From the IMG/VR virus record IMGVR_UViG_3300033175_000390: DNA of 20,000 nt, one strand, 5' to 3'. A program made the translations under genes and the position numbers. The stretch comes from an uncultured virus (IMG/VR IMGVR_UViG_3300033175_000390) (taxonomy: Duplodnaviria; Heunggongvirae; Uroviricota; Caudoviricetes). Every line of letters begins with the position of its first letter. The stretch's first letter is position 1. This document shows positions 1 through 7,439 of this stretch, one piece after another. Below the pieces are notes generated by a model. The model saw only the letters and a program-made list of their open reading frames with translations. It made no database searches and had not been told where the DNA came from.

Positions 1-377
1 TCAGTAACATTGAGCAGCAGAGCCTTGAATTCGTCAAATACACCCTCGACCCTTGGGTGATCAGGTGGGAGCAGTCTTTACAGCAGTCTCTCATCTTGCC
101 ATCGGAAAAGACGACGATCTTTATCAAGTTCAACCTCGACGGACTGCTTCGTGGCGACTATCAAAGCCGTATGCAAGGATACTCCACGGGCATTCAAAAC
201 GGCTTCATGTCGGTCAACGACGTGCGTAGCTTGGAAGATATGAACTTGTTGACCGCCGAGGAAGGCGGCGACCTGCACTTCGTCAACGGCAACATGGTCA
301 AGTTGGCCGACGTCGGCGCGGCGTACCTTCCTCCCGAACAGTCGGGCAACCCAAAAGAAACGGAGGACACTTCATGA
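1..377 (+). CDS. HK97-family phage portal protein, C-terminal part (5' end lies outside the window)
   Basis: The frame is open from position 3 (SNIEQQSLEFVKYTLDPWVIRWEQ...FNLDGLLRGD...NGFMSVNDVRSLEDMN...GGD). These are typical HK97 portal C-terminal motifs, and the gene directly precedes protease and capsid. Confidence 0.93.
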   Translation, partial: SNIEQQSLEFVKYTLDPWVIRWEQSLQQSLILPSEKTTIFIKFNLDGLLRGDYQSRMQGYSTGIQNGFMSVNDVRSLEDMNLLTAEEGGDLHFVNGNMVKLADVGAAYLPPEQSGNPKETEDTS

Positions 378-1078
378 AAGTAAAGAAATTCTGGAACTGG
401 GTGCGAGACGAAACAACAGGCGAACGTACCCTCTACCTAGACGGGGTCATTTCCGAGGACACTTGGTGGGGAGACGAAATCACTCCAGCAATGTTTAAGT
501 CGGAACTGTTCTCAGATAAAGGAGATATCATCATCTGGCTCAACTCACCCGGCGGCGATTGTATCGCAGCCAGCCAAATCTATGCCATGCTGATGGATTA
601 TCCGCACAACGTCACAGTTAAGATTGACGGCATTGCAGCTTCGGCGGCAAGCGTAGTAGCGATGGCGGGGACAAAAGTCCTCATGGCTCCCACCGCTCTG
701 ATGATGGTGCATAACCCGCTGACCATTGCCATCGGCGACAGCGAGGAAATGCAAAAAGCGCTGGATATGCTCGCCGAGGTGAAGGAGAGCATTATCAACG
801 CCTATCAAATCAAGACCAACCAGAGCCGGGTAAAAATCTCCCACTGGATGGACGCCGAAACATGGATGAACGCCAACAAGGCAATGGAACTTGGCTTTGC
901 CGATGGTGTACTGGAGGACGGCAAACGACAGCAAGCTGCTCCGACTTATGCGTTCAGCCGCAGAGCGGTTACTAATTCCCTGCTTGACAAGGTTAAGCCG
1001 AAAATAGCAGCCGAACCTGCGCCGCAAAGCGTACCCGTTGAGTCGCTCGAAAAGCGGCTCAATTTGATTATCCACTAA
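374..1078 (+). CDS. ClpP-like head maturation protease
   Basis: S14 protease motifs LNSPGG, GIAASAAS (catalytic Ser), MMVHNP and ETWMNANKAMELGFAD. RBS GGAGG upstream; lies between portal and capsid. Confidence 0.93.
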   Translation: MKVKKFWNWVRDETTGERTLYLDGVISEDTWWGDEITPAMFKSELFSDKGDIIIWLNSPGGDCIAASQIYAMLMDYPHNVTVKIDGIAASAASVVAMAGTKVLMAPTALMMVHNPLTIAIGDSEEMQKALDMLAEVKESIINAYQIKTNQSRVKISHWMDAETWMNANKAMELGFADGVLEDGKRQQAAPTYAFSRRAVTNSLLDKVKPKIAAEPAPQSVPVESLEKRLNLIIH

Positions 1079-1097
1079 TTTTATGGAGGTAAAGACA

Positions 1098-2273
1098 ATG
1101 AGTAAAATTCTTGAACTGCGTGAAAAGCGCAACAAAATCTGGAACACCGCTAAACAGTTCCTCGACCAAAAGCGCGGCGCGGACGGGCTTGTCCCCGCTG
1201 AAGCTGCCGCTGAGTACGACAAGATGGAAGCCGACATGGTCGCCCTCGGCAAGGAAATCGAGCGCCTGGAACGTCAAGCGGCCTTCGACCTCGAAATGAG
1301 CAAGGCAACATCTGAGCCTATTGTCGGCAAGCCTATCACCCCCGAAAAACCCAAGACTGGCAGAGCTTCCGACGAGTACCGTGCAGATTTCCGCAACGTT
1401 CTGCGCGGCAAGCCGATGATTCACAATGTCATGCTGGAAGGCGTGGACGCGGACGGCGGCTATCTCGTGCCGGAGGAATTCGAACGTCAGATTATTACGG
1501 GGCTTGAGGAATCCAACGTCGTCCGCTCCATCGCCAAGGTCATCACGACCTCTGCGGAGCGCAAAATCCCGCTTGCTTCCACCCACAGCGTAGCACAGTG
1601 GACGCTTGAAAACGGGGCGTACCAAGAAAGTAACCCCACCTTCGGGCAAATCACCGTGGACGCCTACAAGCTGACCGATCTCGTGAAGATTTCCACGGAA
1701 CTCCTGCAGGATTCGATGTTCGATCTTGAAACCTACATCGCCGGGGAATTCTCCCGCGCCTTCGGCATCGCCGAGGAGCAGGCGTTTTGCGTCGGCACCG
1801 GCACGGGTCAGCCCACGGGTATCTTCACGACAAACGGTGGTCACATCGGTGTGGCTGCGGGAGCAGCTGTCACGGTGGATAATCTTATCGACTTGATTTA
1901 CAGCCTGAAAGCCCCGTACCGCAGAAACGCCAAGTTCCTGATGAAGGACAGTACCATCTCTTCGCTCCGCAAACTGAAAGACAGCAACGGTGCGTATCTC
2001 TGGCAGCCTTCTGTTCAGGCGGGTCAGCCCGACCGCTTGCTCGGCTACCCGATTTACACCTCTCCGTATGTGCCGGATGTGGCGGCGTCGGCGCTGCCGA
2101 TTGCCTTCGGTGATTTCTCCAACTACTGGATTTGCGACCGTCTGGGCAGAACGGTGCAAAGGCTCAACGAACTCTACAGCACCAACGGGCAGGTCGGCTT
2201 CATCTGCACTCAGCGTGTGGACGGCAAGGTCATCCTCGCCGAAGGTATCCAACTGCTCCAGATGGGCGCGTAA
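1098..2273 (+). CDS. HK97-fold major capsid protein
   Basis: N-terminal coiled-coil delta domain, then GGYLVPEEF, GTGTGQPTGI, LRKLKDSNGAYLWQP and FGDFS motifs. Start placed at ATG 1098 after GGAGG at 1085-1089. Confidence 0.95.
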   Translation: MSKILELREKRNKIWNTAKQFLDQKRGADGLVPAEAAAEYDKMEADMVALGKEIERLERQAAFDLEMSKATSEPIVGKPITPEKPKTGRASDEYRADFRNVLRGKPMIHNVMLEGVDADGGYLVPEEFERQIITGLEESNVVRSIAKVITTSAERKIPLASTHSVAQWTLENGAYQESNPTFGQITVDAYKLTDLVKISTELLQDSMFDLETYIAGEFSRAFGIAEEQAFCVGTGTGQPTGIFTTNGGHIGVAAGAAVTVDNLIDLIYSLKAPYRRNAKFLMKDSTISSLRKLKDSNGAYLWQPSVQAGQPDRLLGYPIYTSPYVPDVAASALPIAFGDFSNYWICDRLGRTVQRLNELYSTNGQVGFICTQRVDGKVILAEGIQLLQMGA

Positions 2274-2291
2274 GAACGGAGGTGAACGGCG

Positions 2292-2609
2292 ATGACGCCA
2301 ACAGAATTGTTACCGAAAGTCAAAGAAAACCTGATACTGGCCCACGGTGAGGACGACGCTCTGCTCCTGCGGCTCATCGCCACCGCCGTGAACTATGCGG
2401 AAAGCTATCAGCATATCGCGGAGGGCTATTACACTGAAAACCCGATGCCGCCCACCACAGAACAGGCGGTGATTATGCTGTCGAGCCATTTCTTTGAAAG
2501 CAGAGATGGCTCGACGGCCGGTTTCTTCGCCGACAGCGTACAGGCAGGTCAGCAGGTCTGGAACACGGTCAACCTCTTACTGCGGCTGGACAGGAAGTGG
2601 AGCGTATGA
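2292..2609 (+). CDS. Head-tail connector (HK97 gp6-like)
   Basis: 105 aa; VKENLIL..EDDALL...AESY and QAVIMLSSHFFESR motifs; first gene after the capsid; RBS GGAGGTGA. Confidence 0.88.
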   Translation: MTPTELLPKVKENLILAHGEDDALLLRLIATAVNYAESYQHIAEGYYTENPMPPTTEQAVIMLSSHFFESRDGSTAGFFADSVQAGQQVWNTVNLLLRLDRKWSV

Positions 2610-2938
2610 GCTTTGGAAAGATGAACACCTTTGTAGACCTTATTGAGAAAGTAACTACAAAAGACTCGGAAGGTTTCAGCACTGAGATTGACAATATTGT
2701 TGCTTCAATAAGAGCATATCGGGAAGGTCGGCACGGCAACGAGAAATGGGCAAACAGAGCCACATTCTCCGAAGCCACCGACCTTTTCCGTTTCCGCTCT
2801 ATTCCAGGTGTCACCGTTACGACTGCAATGCATATTTCTTGTGAATACGGACGATTTGAAATCACTTCTGTGGAGGATGTCAAAGGTCGTGGAATGTACA
2901 TTGAAGTACTCGCCAAGGAGGTGAAGCCCAGTGGCTAA
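2606..2938 (+). CDS. Head closure / head-tail adaptor (SPP1 gp16-like)
   Basis: MSFGKMN...KDSEG...FRFR...FEITSVEDV pattern; ATGA overlap with the preceding stop; syntenic position. Confidence 0.82.
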   Translation: MSFGKMNTFVDLIEKVTTKDSEGFSTEIDNIVASIRAYREGRHGNEKWANRATFSEATDLFRFRSIPGVTVTTAMHISCEYGRFEITSVEDVKGRGMYIEVLAKEVKPSG

Positions 2939-3362
2939 ACCAACTATGAAAATGCCGGAGGACTTCTTGTTGAAGGTTTCCCGGCTGGCCGATCAGACCG
3001 ATGTCATCCTCCCCAGGGTGCTGAAAGCGGGCGGCGAGGTCGTCCTGGACAAGGTAAAAGGAAACCTAAGCTCGTCTATCGGACGCGGCACGAAATACCC
3101 GTCCAAGTCCACCGGCGAATTGATGGGCGCATTGGGGGTCTCCCCGGCGAAGCAGGATTGGGACGGCAACTTCAACGTGAAGGTCGGCTTTTCAGAACCT
3201 CGGAAGGACGGCGGCTCCAATGCCAAGATTGCCAACATCATCGAGTACGGCAAGCATGGCCAGCCGCCCAAGCCCTTCCTCAAGCCCGCCAAGTCAGCTT
3301 CACGGAAGGCTTGCATCGAAGCGATGGCCGTCAAGCTGGATGAGGAGATTAGAAACCTATGA
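2931..3362 (+). CDS. HK97 gp10-family neck/tail component
   Basis: STGEL and IIEYGKHGQPPKPFLKPA motifs; GTG start with RBS AAGGAGGTG. Confidence 0.85.
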   Translation: MAKPTMKMPEDFLLKVSRLADQTDVILPRVLKAGGEVVLDKVKGNLSSSIGRGTKYPSKSTGELMGALGVSPAKQDWDGNFNVKVGFSEPRKDGGSNAKIANIIEYGKHGQPPKPFLKPAKSASRKACIEAMAVKLDEEIRNL

Positions 3363-3703
3363 GCATTTTATCTGAATTGAACAGCCTGCTTGACGGACTT
3401 CACATCCCGGTTGAAACAGGCGTGTTTTCCACCGCCGCCCCGGAAGAGTATGTGGTTATCACTCCCCTTGCTGATACCTACGAACTCCATGCGGACAACC
3501 GCCCGAAATTCGAGACCCAGGAAGCGCGGCTGTCATTGTTCTCCAAGGGCAGCTACACCCAGCGCAAGAACCAAATCTGCGCCGCCCTGCTGGAAACGGA
3601 GATGACCGTGACCGATCGCCGCTACGTCGGGCATGAGGATGACACGGGCTATCACCACTACGCCATCGACGTGGCGAAAGAATACGAAGTACAGGAGGAA
3701 TAA
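3359..3703 (+). CDS. Putative tail completion/terminator protein
   Basis: 114 aa acidic protein ending HEDDTGYHHYAIDV, immediately upstream of the major tail gene. The call rests mostly on synteny. Confidence 0.7.
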   Translation: MSILSELNSLLDGLHIPVETGVFSTAAPEEYVVITPLADTYELHADNRPKFETQEARLSLFSKGSYTQRKNQICAALLETEMTVTDRRYVGHEDDTGYHHYAIDVAKEYEVQEE

Positions 3704-3707
3704 CACT

Positions 3708-4301
3708 ATGGCTACTATCGGGCTTGACAAGCTCTACTACGCGCCGATTACCGAGTCGGCGGCCACGGGCGAGGAATCTTACGGCACCCCCGTCCTGTTG
3801 GCAAAAGCAATCTCAGCGGAGCTGTCGGTTGAACTGGCTGAAGCGACCCTCTACGCCGATGACGGAGCGGCCTATGTCATCAAAGAATTTAAAAACGGAA
3901 AGCTGAAACTTGGTGTTGACGACATTGGGCGCACCCAGGCGGAAACCCTTACCGGAGCGGCCACCGACGAAAACGGGGTGCTTATCTCATCCAGTGAGGA
4001 CGGCGGACCCCCTGTCGCCATCGGCTTTCGGGCCAAGAAAGCCAATGGCGCTTACCGCTACTTTTGGTTTTACAAAGTTAAGTTCGGGGTGCCGTCTACG
4101 AACCTGGCCACCAAAGGTGACTCCATCACTTTCTCTACGCCCACAATTGAAGGTACGGTATCGCGCCGCAACAAACTGGACGGCAACGGCAACCACCCCT
4201 GGAAGGCTGAGGTCAACTCGGACGATGACGGTGTGGCGGCGGCGATCATCACCGGTTGGTACACGGAAGTTTACGAGCCAGCCTTCGCTCTGCAGGGTTA
4301 A
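3708..4301 (+). CDS. Major tail (tube) protein, phi13-family-like
   Basis: MATIGLDKLYYA...LYADDG...VAIGFRAKKANG.YRYFWFYKVKF...TKGDSITFSTPTIEG. Start at ATG 3708 after AGGAGG. Confidence 0.9.
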   Translation: MATIGLDKLYYAPITESAATGEESYGTPVLLAKAISAELSVELAEATLYADDGAAYVIKEFKNGKLKLGVDDIGRTQAETLTGAATDENGVLISSSEDGGPPVAIGFRAKKANGAYRYFWFYKVKFGVPSTNLATKGDSITFSTPTIEGTVSRRNKLDGNGNHPWKAEVNSDDDGVAAAIITGWYTEVYEPAFALQG

Positions 4302-4315
4302 AGGAGGTCTGACCT

Positions 4316-4699
4316 ATGGATAACGAGAGAAGCGCGAAAATCAATATCGGGGGCACGGATTTTGAACTGGTTCTTACTACAAGAGCTACCAAGGAAATAG
4401 CCCGCCGCTATGGCGGTCTGGAAAATCTAGGCGAGAAACTGATGAAGGCTGAAAACTTCGAACTTGCCTTAGATGAGATTATCTGGCTGATTACGCTCTT
4501 AGCCAACCAGTCCATCCTCATCCATAACCTAAGAAACAAGGACGCACCAAAATCTGTTCTTACCGAGGACGAGGTGGAACTTTTGACCTCGCCTTTGGAA
4601 CTGGCCAGCTACAAGGCGGCCATCACCGAAGCGATGTTTAAAGGCACCAAACGCGACATCGAGAGCGAGGGTGACCTAAAAAACACCGGAGCCGAGTAA
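4316..4699 (+). CDS. Tail assembly chaperone, short form (gpG equivalent)
   Basis: 127 aa ORF between major tail and tape measure genes; RBS AAGGAGG; in-frame slippery heptamer A AAA AAC near its 3' end. Confidence 0.85.
   Translation: MDNERSAKINIGGTDFELVLTTRATKEIARRYGGLENLGEKLMKAENFELALDEIIWLITLLANQSILIHNLRNKDAPKSVLTEDEVELLTSPLELASYKAAITEAMFKGTKRDIESEGDLKNTGAE
4678..4684 (+). other. -1 programmed ribosomal frameshift slippery site (A AAA AAC)
   Basis: Codons CTA AAA AAC (4676-4684) give an X XXY YYZ heptamer in the gpG frame. The -1 frame stays open past the gpG stop: HRSRVSDDELFTRLLY up to 4731. Confidence 0.82.
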
Positions 4700-4731
4700 G
4701 CGACGATGAGTTGTTTACCCGGCTTCTTTAT
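4684..4731 (+). CDS. Tail assembly chaperone frameshift extension (gpGT), exon 1 in the -1 frame
   Basis: 16 codons, CAC CGG AGC CGA GTA AGC GAC GAT GAG TTG TTT ACC CGG CTT CTT TAT, ending exactly at the intron 5' GTGCG. Confidence 0.78.
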
Positions 4732-5289
4732 GTGCGCCCAGATAGGGCATTGCCTAATGTGGTGTAGGAGCCACTCCGAACGATAACTCGGGAAATAACC
4801 CACTTAACCGAAAGGCGAAAGCTGGCACGGGAACAAAGCACGGTGGGAAAGCGGTAAGTCACCTTAAAACACATTGGTGCGACTGAACTGCAATATTAAG
4901 CGGATATAAGGTTTAAATTGGGTTTATTGAATGCGAGTTTCCAGTTTCTGTTAGTCGTAGGCGGAGGAAATGTGTTTGTAACCTCTGGAGCAGGAAAGGT
5001 TGTCATTAATAGAGGGACAATCGGTTATCAAATATCCTGTTCAACACGCAAGAGAACTTGTGATAACGAAACGAAAGCAAAACCGACAATCCGCACATAC
5101 CTGTAGGCAGTGTTAACTGGGGATACCCTAAACAGGAACGCCACAACGCGGCTATAGCCACAGGGCTTGAATACCCTGCATGGGTACGGAGCGTTCGTAG
5201 TAGTCCGAGGACGGGAAAGCCGTCCACATGGCGAAGGGACGCAGTTGTTGTGTACTAAAATCAAAATTGATTAGGGAGGAAAACCTCAT

Positions 5290-7080
5290 ATGCAACCAAC
5301 AATAGAGATTTTAGCAAGAATCAGCGTAAACTCTAACGCAAACAAGGATGAAGTTTTTACAAGACTTTACCGCTATTTGTTGCGACCAGATATCTACTTT
5401 GAAGCATATAAAAACCTGTATGCCAATAACGGAGCAGCGACCCGTGGCGTGGATAATGATACCGCAGACGGTTTTAGCGAAGCGAAAATTGATAAAATAA
5501 TAAAATCGCTTAGTGATGAAACCTACACGCCAAAATCAGTGCGAAGAACTTATATCGATAAGGGAAACGGGAAAAAGCGACCGTTGGGCATTCCGACTTT
5601 TACGGACAAACTGGTGCAGGAGGCACTTCGTATGGTACTTGAAGCTGTGTATGAACCGTCTTTCTTGGATTGGTCGCACGGTTTCAGACCGAACCGAAGC
5701 TGTCATACCGCGCTGGCAAGTTTGAAGAAAGAGTTTACAGGGGCGCGTTGGTTTGTCGAGGGCGACATTAAGGGTTGTTTTGATAATATCGACCACGCCG
5801 TTTTAATAAGTATGCTGAACAAGAAAGTGAAGGATGCACGAATAGTCAAACTGATTTACAAATTTTTAAAAGCAGGTTATATGGAAAATTGGCAGTACCA
5901 CAACACCTACAGCGGTACTCCGCAAGGCGGAATTATTTCGCCGTTGCTTGCCAATATCTATCTGCACGAACTGGATAAGTTTGTAATGATGTTAAAGGCA
6001 GAGTTTAACAAGCCGAGAGAAACCCATTCCACGTATGAATACGGGGTTATAAGAAGAAAGATGAAAAAACTCCGTAAGGAAATCGAAAACGCGGACGGTG
6101 ACAAGCGTGGGCAATTGCTTGATGAATATAAAGCAACTCGCGCACAGTTATTACAAACCCCCGCGAAGTCACAAACTGATAAGAAAATCAAGTATATCAG
6201 ATATGCAGACGATTTTTTGATTGCCGTCAACGGAAGTCGTGAGGACTGTGCGGAAATCAAGCGCAGGTTATTCGAATTTATCGGACAGACCTTGAAAATG
6301 GAACTCAGCGACGAAAAAACGTTGATTACCCATAGCAATGATTACGCGCGGTTTTTGGGCTACGATGTACGTGTGAGGAGAAATGGAAAAATTAAGCGCG
6401 GCGGTAAAAATGGTTGTACTAAACGCACGCTTAGCAATAATGTGGAACTCTTAGTGCCCTTTGAAGATAAAATCAATAAATTCCTGTTCTCAAAGGGTGT
6501 TGTTAAACAACGGCTGAACGGTACTGTCTACCCAACGCACAGACCCGCCCTGGAACGATTGACCGACCTTGAAATTGTGATGACCTACAACGCCGAACTC
6601 CGTGGAATATGCAATTATTACAGATTAGCCAGCAACTATAATAGTCTTGGGTATTTTGCATATCTGATGGAATATAGTTGTTTACGAACGCTTGCAGGAA
6701 AACACAAATCAAAGGTTAGCAAAATCAAGGAGAAGTTCAAAGACGGTCATGGCAAATGGGGTATTCCTTATACGACTAAAAAGGGTGAAAAGCGCTGTTA
6801 TTTCGCTAAATTAGCCGATTGCAAAGGGGCAAAATTCTGTACGGATATATTGCCAAACGCTTTTGTAATCCACATGAGCGCAAGAAATACCTTTGAAAAC
6901 AGGTTGAAAGCGAAAGTTTGCGAGCTATGTGGGACAACGGATGCAGAACACTATGAAATTCATCACATTCACAAGGTAAAAGACCTCAAAGGGAAAGAGC
7001 CTTGGAAAGTGGCGATGATAGCCAAACGGCGAAAAACTATGGTGGTTTGCAGAAACTGTCATAACACAATTCATCATTAA
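5290..7080 (+). CDS. ltrA: Group II intron-encoded protein (reverse transcriptase / maturase / HNH endonuclease)
   Basis: 596 aa, collinear with Lactococcus LtrA as recalled: EVFTRLYRYLLRPDIY, RPLGIPTFTDKL, HGFRP, EGDIKGCFDNIDH, GTPQGG, YIRYADDF, FLGY, ELRGICNYY, and C-terminal CELCG..EIHH..CRNCH. Confidence 0.95.
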   Translation: MQPTIEILARISVNSNANKDEVFTRLYRYLLRPDIYFEAYKNLYANNGAATRGVDNDTADGFSEAKIDKIIKSLSDETYTPKSVRRTYIDKGNGKKRPLGIPTFTDKLVQEALRMVLEAVYEPSFLDWSHGFRPNRSCHTALASLKKEFTGARWFVEGDIKGCFDNIDHAVLISMLNKKVKDARIVKLIYKFLKAGYMENWQYHNTYSGTPQGGIISPLLANIYLHELDKFVMMLKAEFNKPRETHSTYEYGVIRRKMKKLRKEIENADGDKRGQLLDEYKATRAQLLQTPAKSQTDKKIKYIRYADDFLIAVNGSREDCAEIKRRLFEFIGQTLKMELSDEKTLITHSNDYARFLGYDVRVRRNGKIKRGGKNGCTKRTLSNNVELLVPFEDKINKFLFSKGVVKQRLNGTVYPTHRPALERLTDLEIVMTYNAELRGICNYYRLASNYNSLGYFAYLMEYSCLRTLAGKHKSKVSKIKEKFKDGHGKWGIPYTTKKGEKRCYFAKLADCKGAKFCTDILPNAFVIHMSARNTFENRLKAKVCELCGTTDAEHYEIHHIHKVKDLKGKEPWKVAMIAKRRKTMVVCRNCHNTIHH

Positions 7081-7107
7081 GAGTTTAACTGACCAAACAA
7101 CAATGGG

Positions 7108-7141
7108 GAGCCGGATACCTTGAGAGGGGTAAGTCCGGTTC
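7108..7141 (+). ncRNA. Group II intron catalytic domain V
   Basis: GAGCCGGATACCTT-GAGA-GGGGT-AA-GTCCGGTTC: a 34-nt hairpin with AGC triad (7109-7111), GNRA loop and 2-nt bulge. Confidence 0.93.
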
Positions 7142-7202
7142 CGGGAGAGGACTGTGCAAACCTACCGTAGAAATGCGGCAAGGCGGCATTTTCCTACTCC
7201 AC

Positions 7203-7358
7203 TACGGTACGGTGCATCTGAACCGTTCCGAAGAGGAAACCTGGCTGACCCCGTTGGGTCTGCTCATGGACTTGTGGGAGTGTCATAAGCAGTTTCTGGG
7301 CTTGGCCAGGCCCAAACAGGAGATGTTCATAGACGGCATCATTCCGGAAGGCGTTTAA
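7203..7358 (+). CDS. Tail assembly chaperone frameshift extension (gpGT), exon 2
   Basis: Starts at the first base after the intron with TAC and reads YGTVHLNRSEEETWLTPLGLLMDLWECHKQFLG...PEGV* (51 aa). Joins exon 1 in frame as ...FTRLLY|YGTVHL... Confidence 0.82.
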   Translation, partial: YGTVHLNRSEEETWLTPLGLLMDLWECHKQFLGLARPKQEMFIDGIIPEGV

Positions 7359-7406
7359 GGGTTATCTGCATATAAGCGGCGGCTTATGCACAGATAGCCC
7401 TTTTCT
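7357..7406 (+). terminator. Intrinsic terminator-like hairpin between gpGT and tape measure genes
   Basis: AAGGGTTATCTG (7357-7368) pairs with CAGATAGCCCTT (7391-7402), with an inner ATAAGC/GCTTAT stem; the 3' arm ends in a short TTTTCT (7401-7406). Confidence 0.55.
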
Positions 7407-7439
7407 ATGTGCAATTCCGCAGCTAAAGGAGGTGGCGGC

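Larger units (their letters stand above)
4732..7202 (+). mobile_element. Group IIA (ML class, Ll.LtrB-like) group II intron, 2471 nt
   Basis: 5' end GTGCGCCCAGATAGGG, matching the Ll.LtrB start as I recall it. EBS2 AGTCG at 4953-4957; delta/EBS1 A-ATAGAG at 5008-5014 in a TTGTC/GACAA stem-loop. Domain V at 7108-7141 with AGC triad and GAGA loop. 3' end CCTACTCCAC with branch A7196 at -7. Internal RT ORF; visibly more AT-rich than the flanks. Confidence 0.95.

Noticed and set aside
545..2252. Long minus-strand ORFs (545-1252 and 1068-2252) and similar shadow ORFs elsewhere
   Set aside because: They are antisense to well-supported GC-rich phage genes, with no recognisable motifs.
5290..7080. 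Reverse transcriptase in a phage as a diversity-generating retroelement or retron
   Set aside because: The protein is LtrA-like with maturase and HNH domains and lies within clear group II intron RNA ends. I saw no TR/VR repeat pair, Avd gene or msr/msd.
7173..7358. 61 aa ORF as a stand-alone gene
   Set aside because: Its ATG and first 10 codons lie inside intron domain VI with no good RBS; the rest is better explained as gpGT exon 2.
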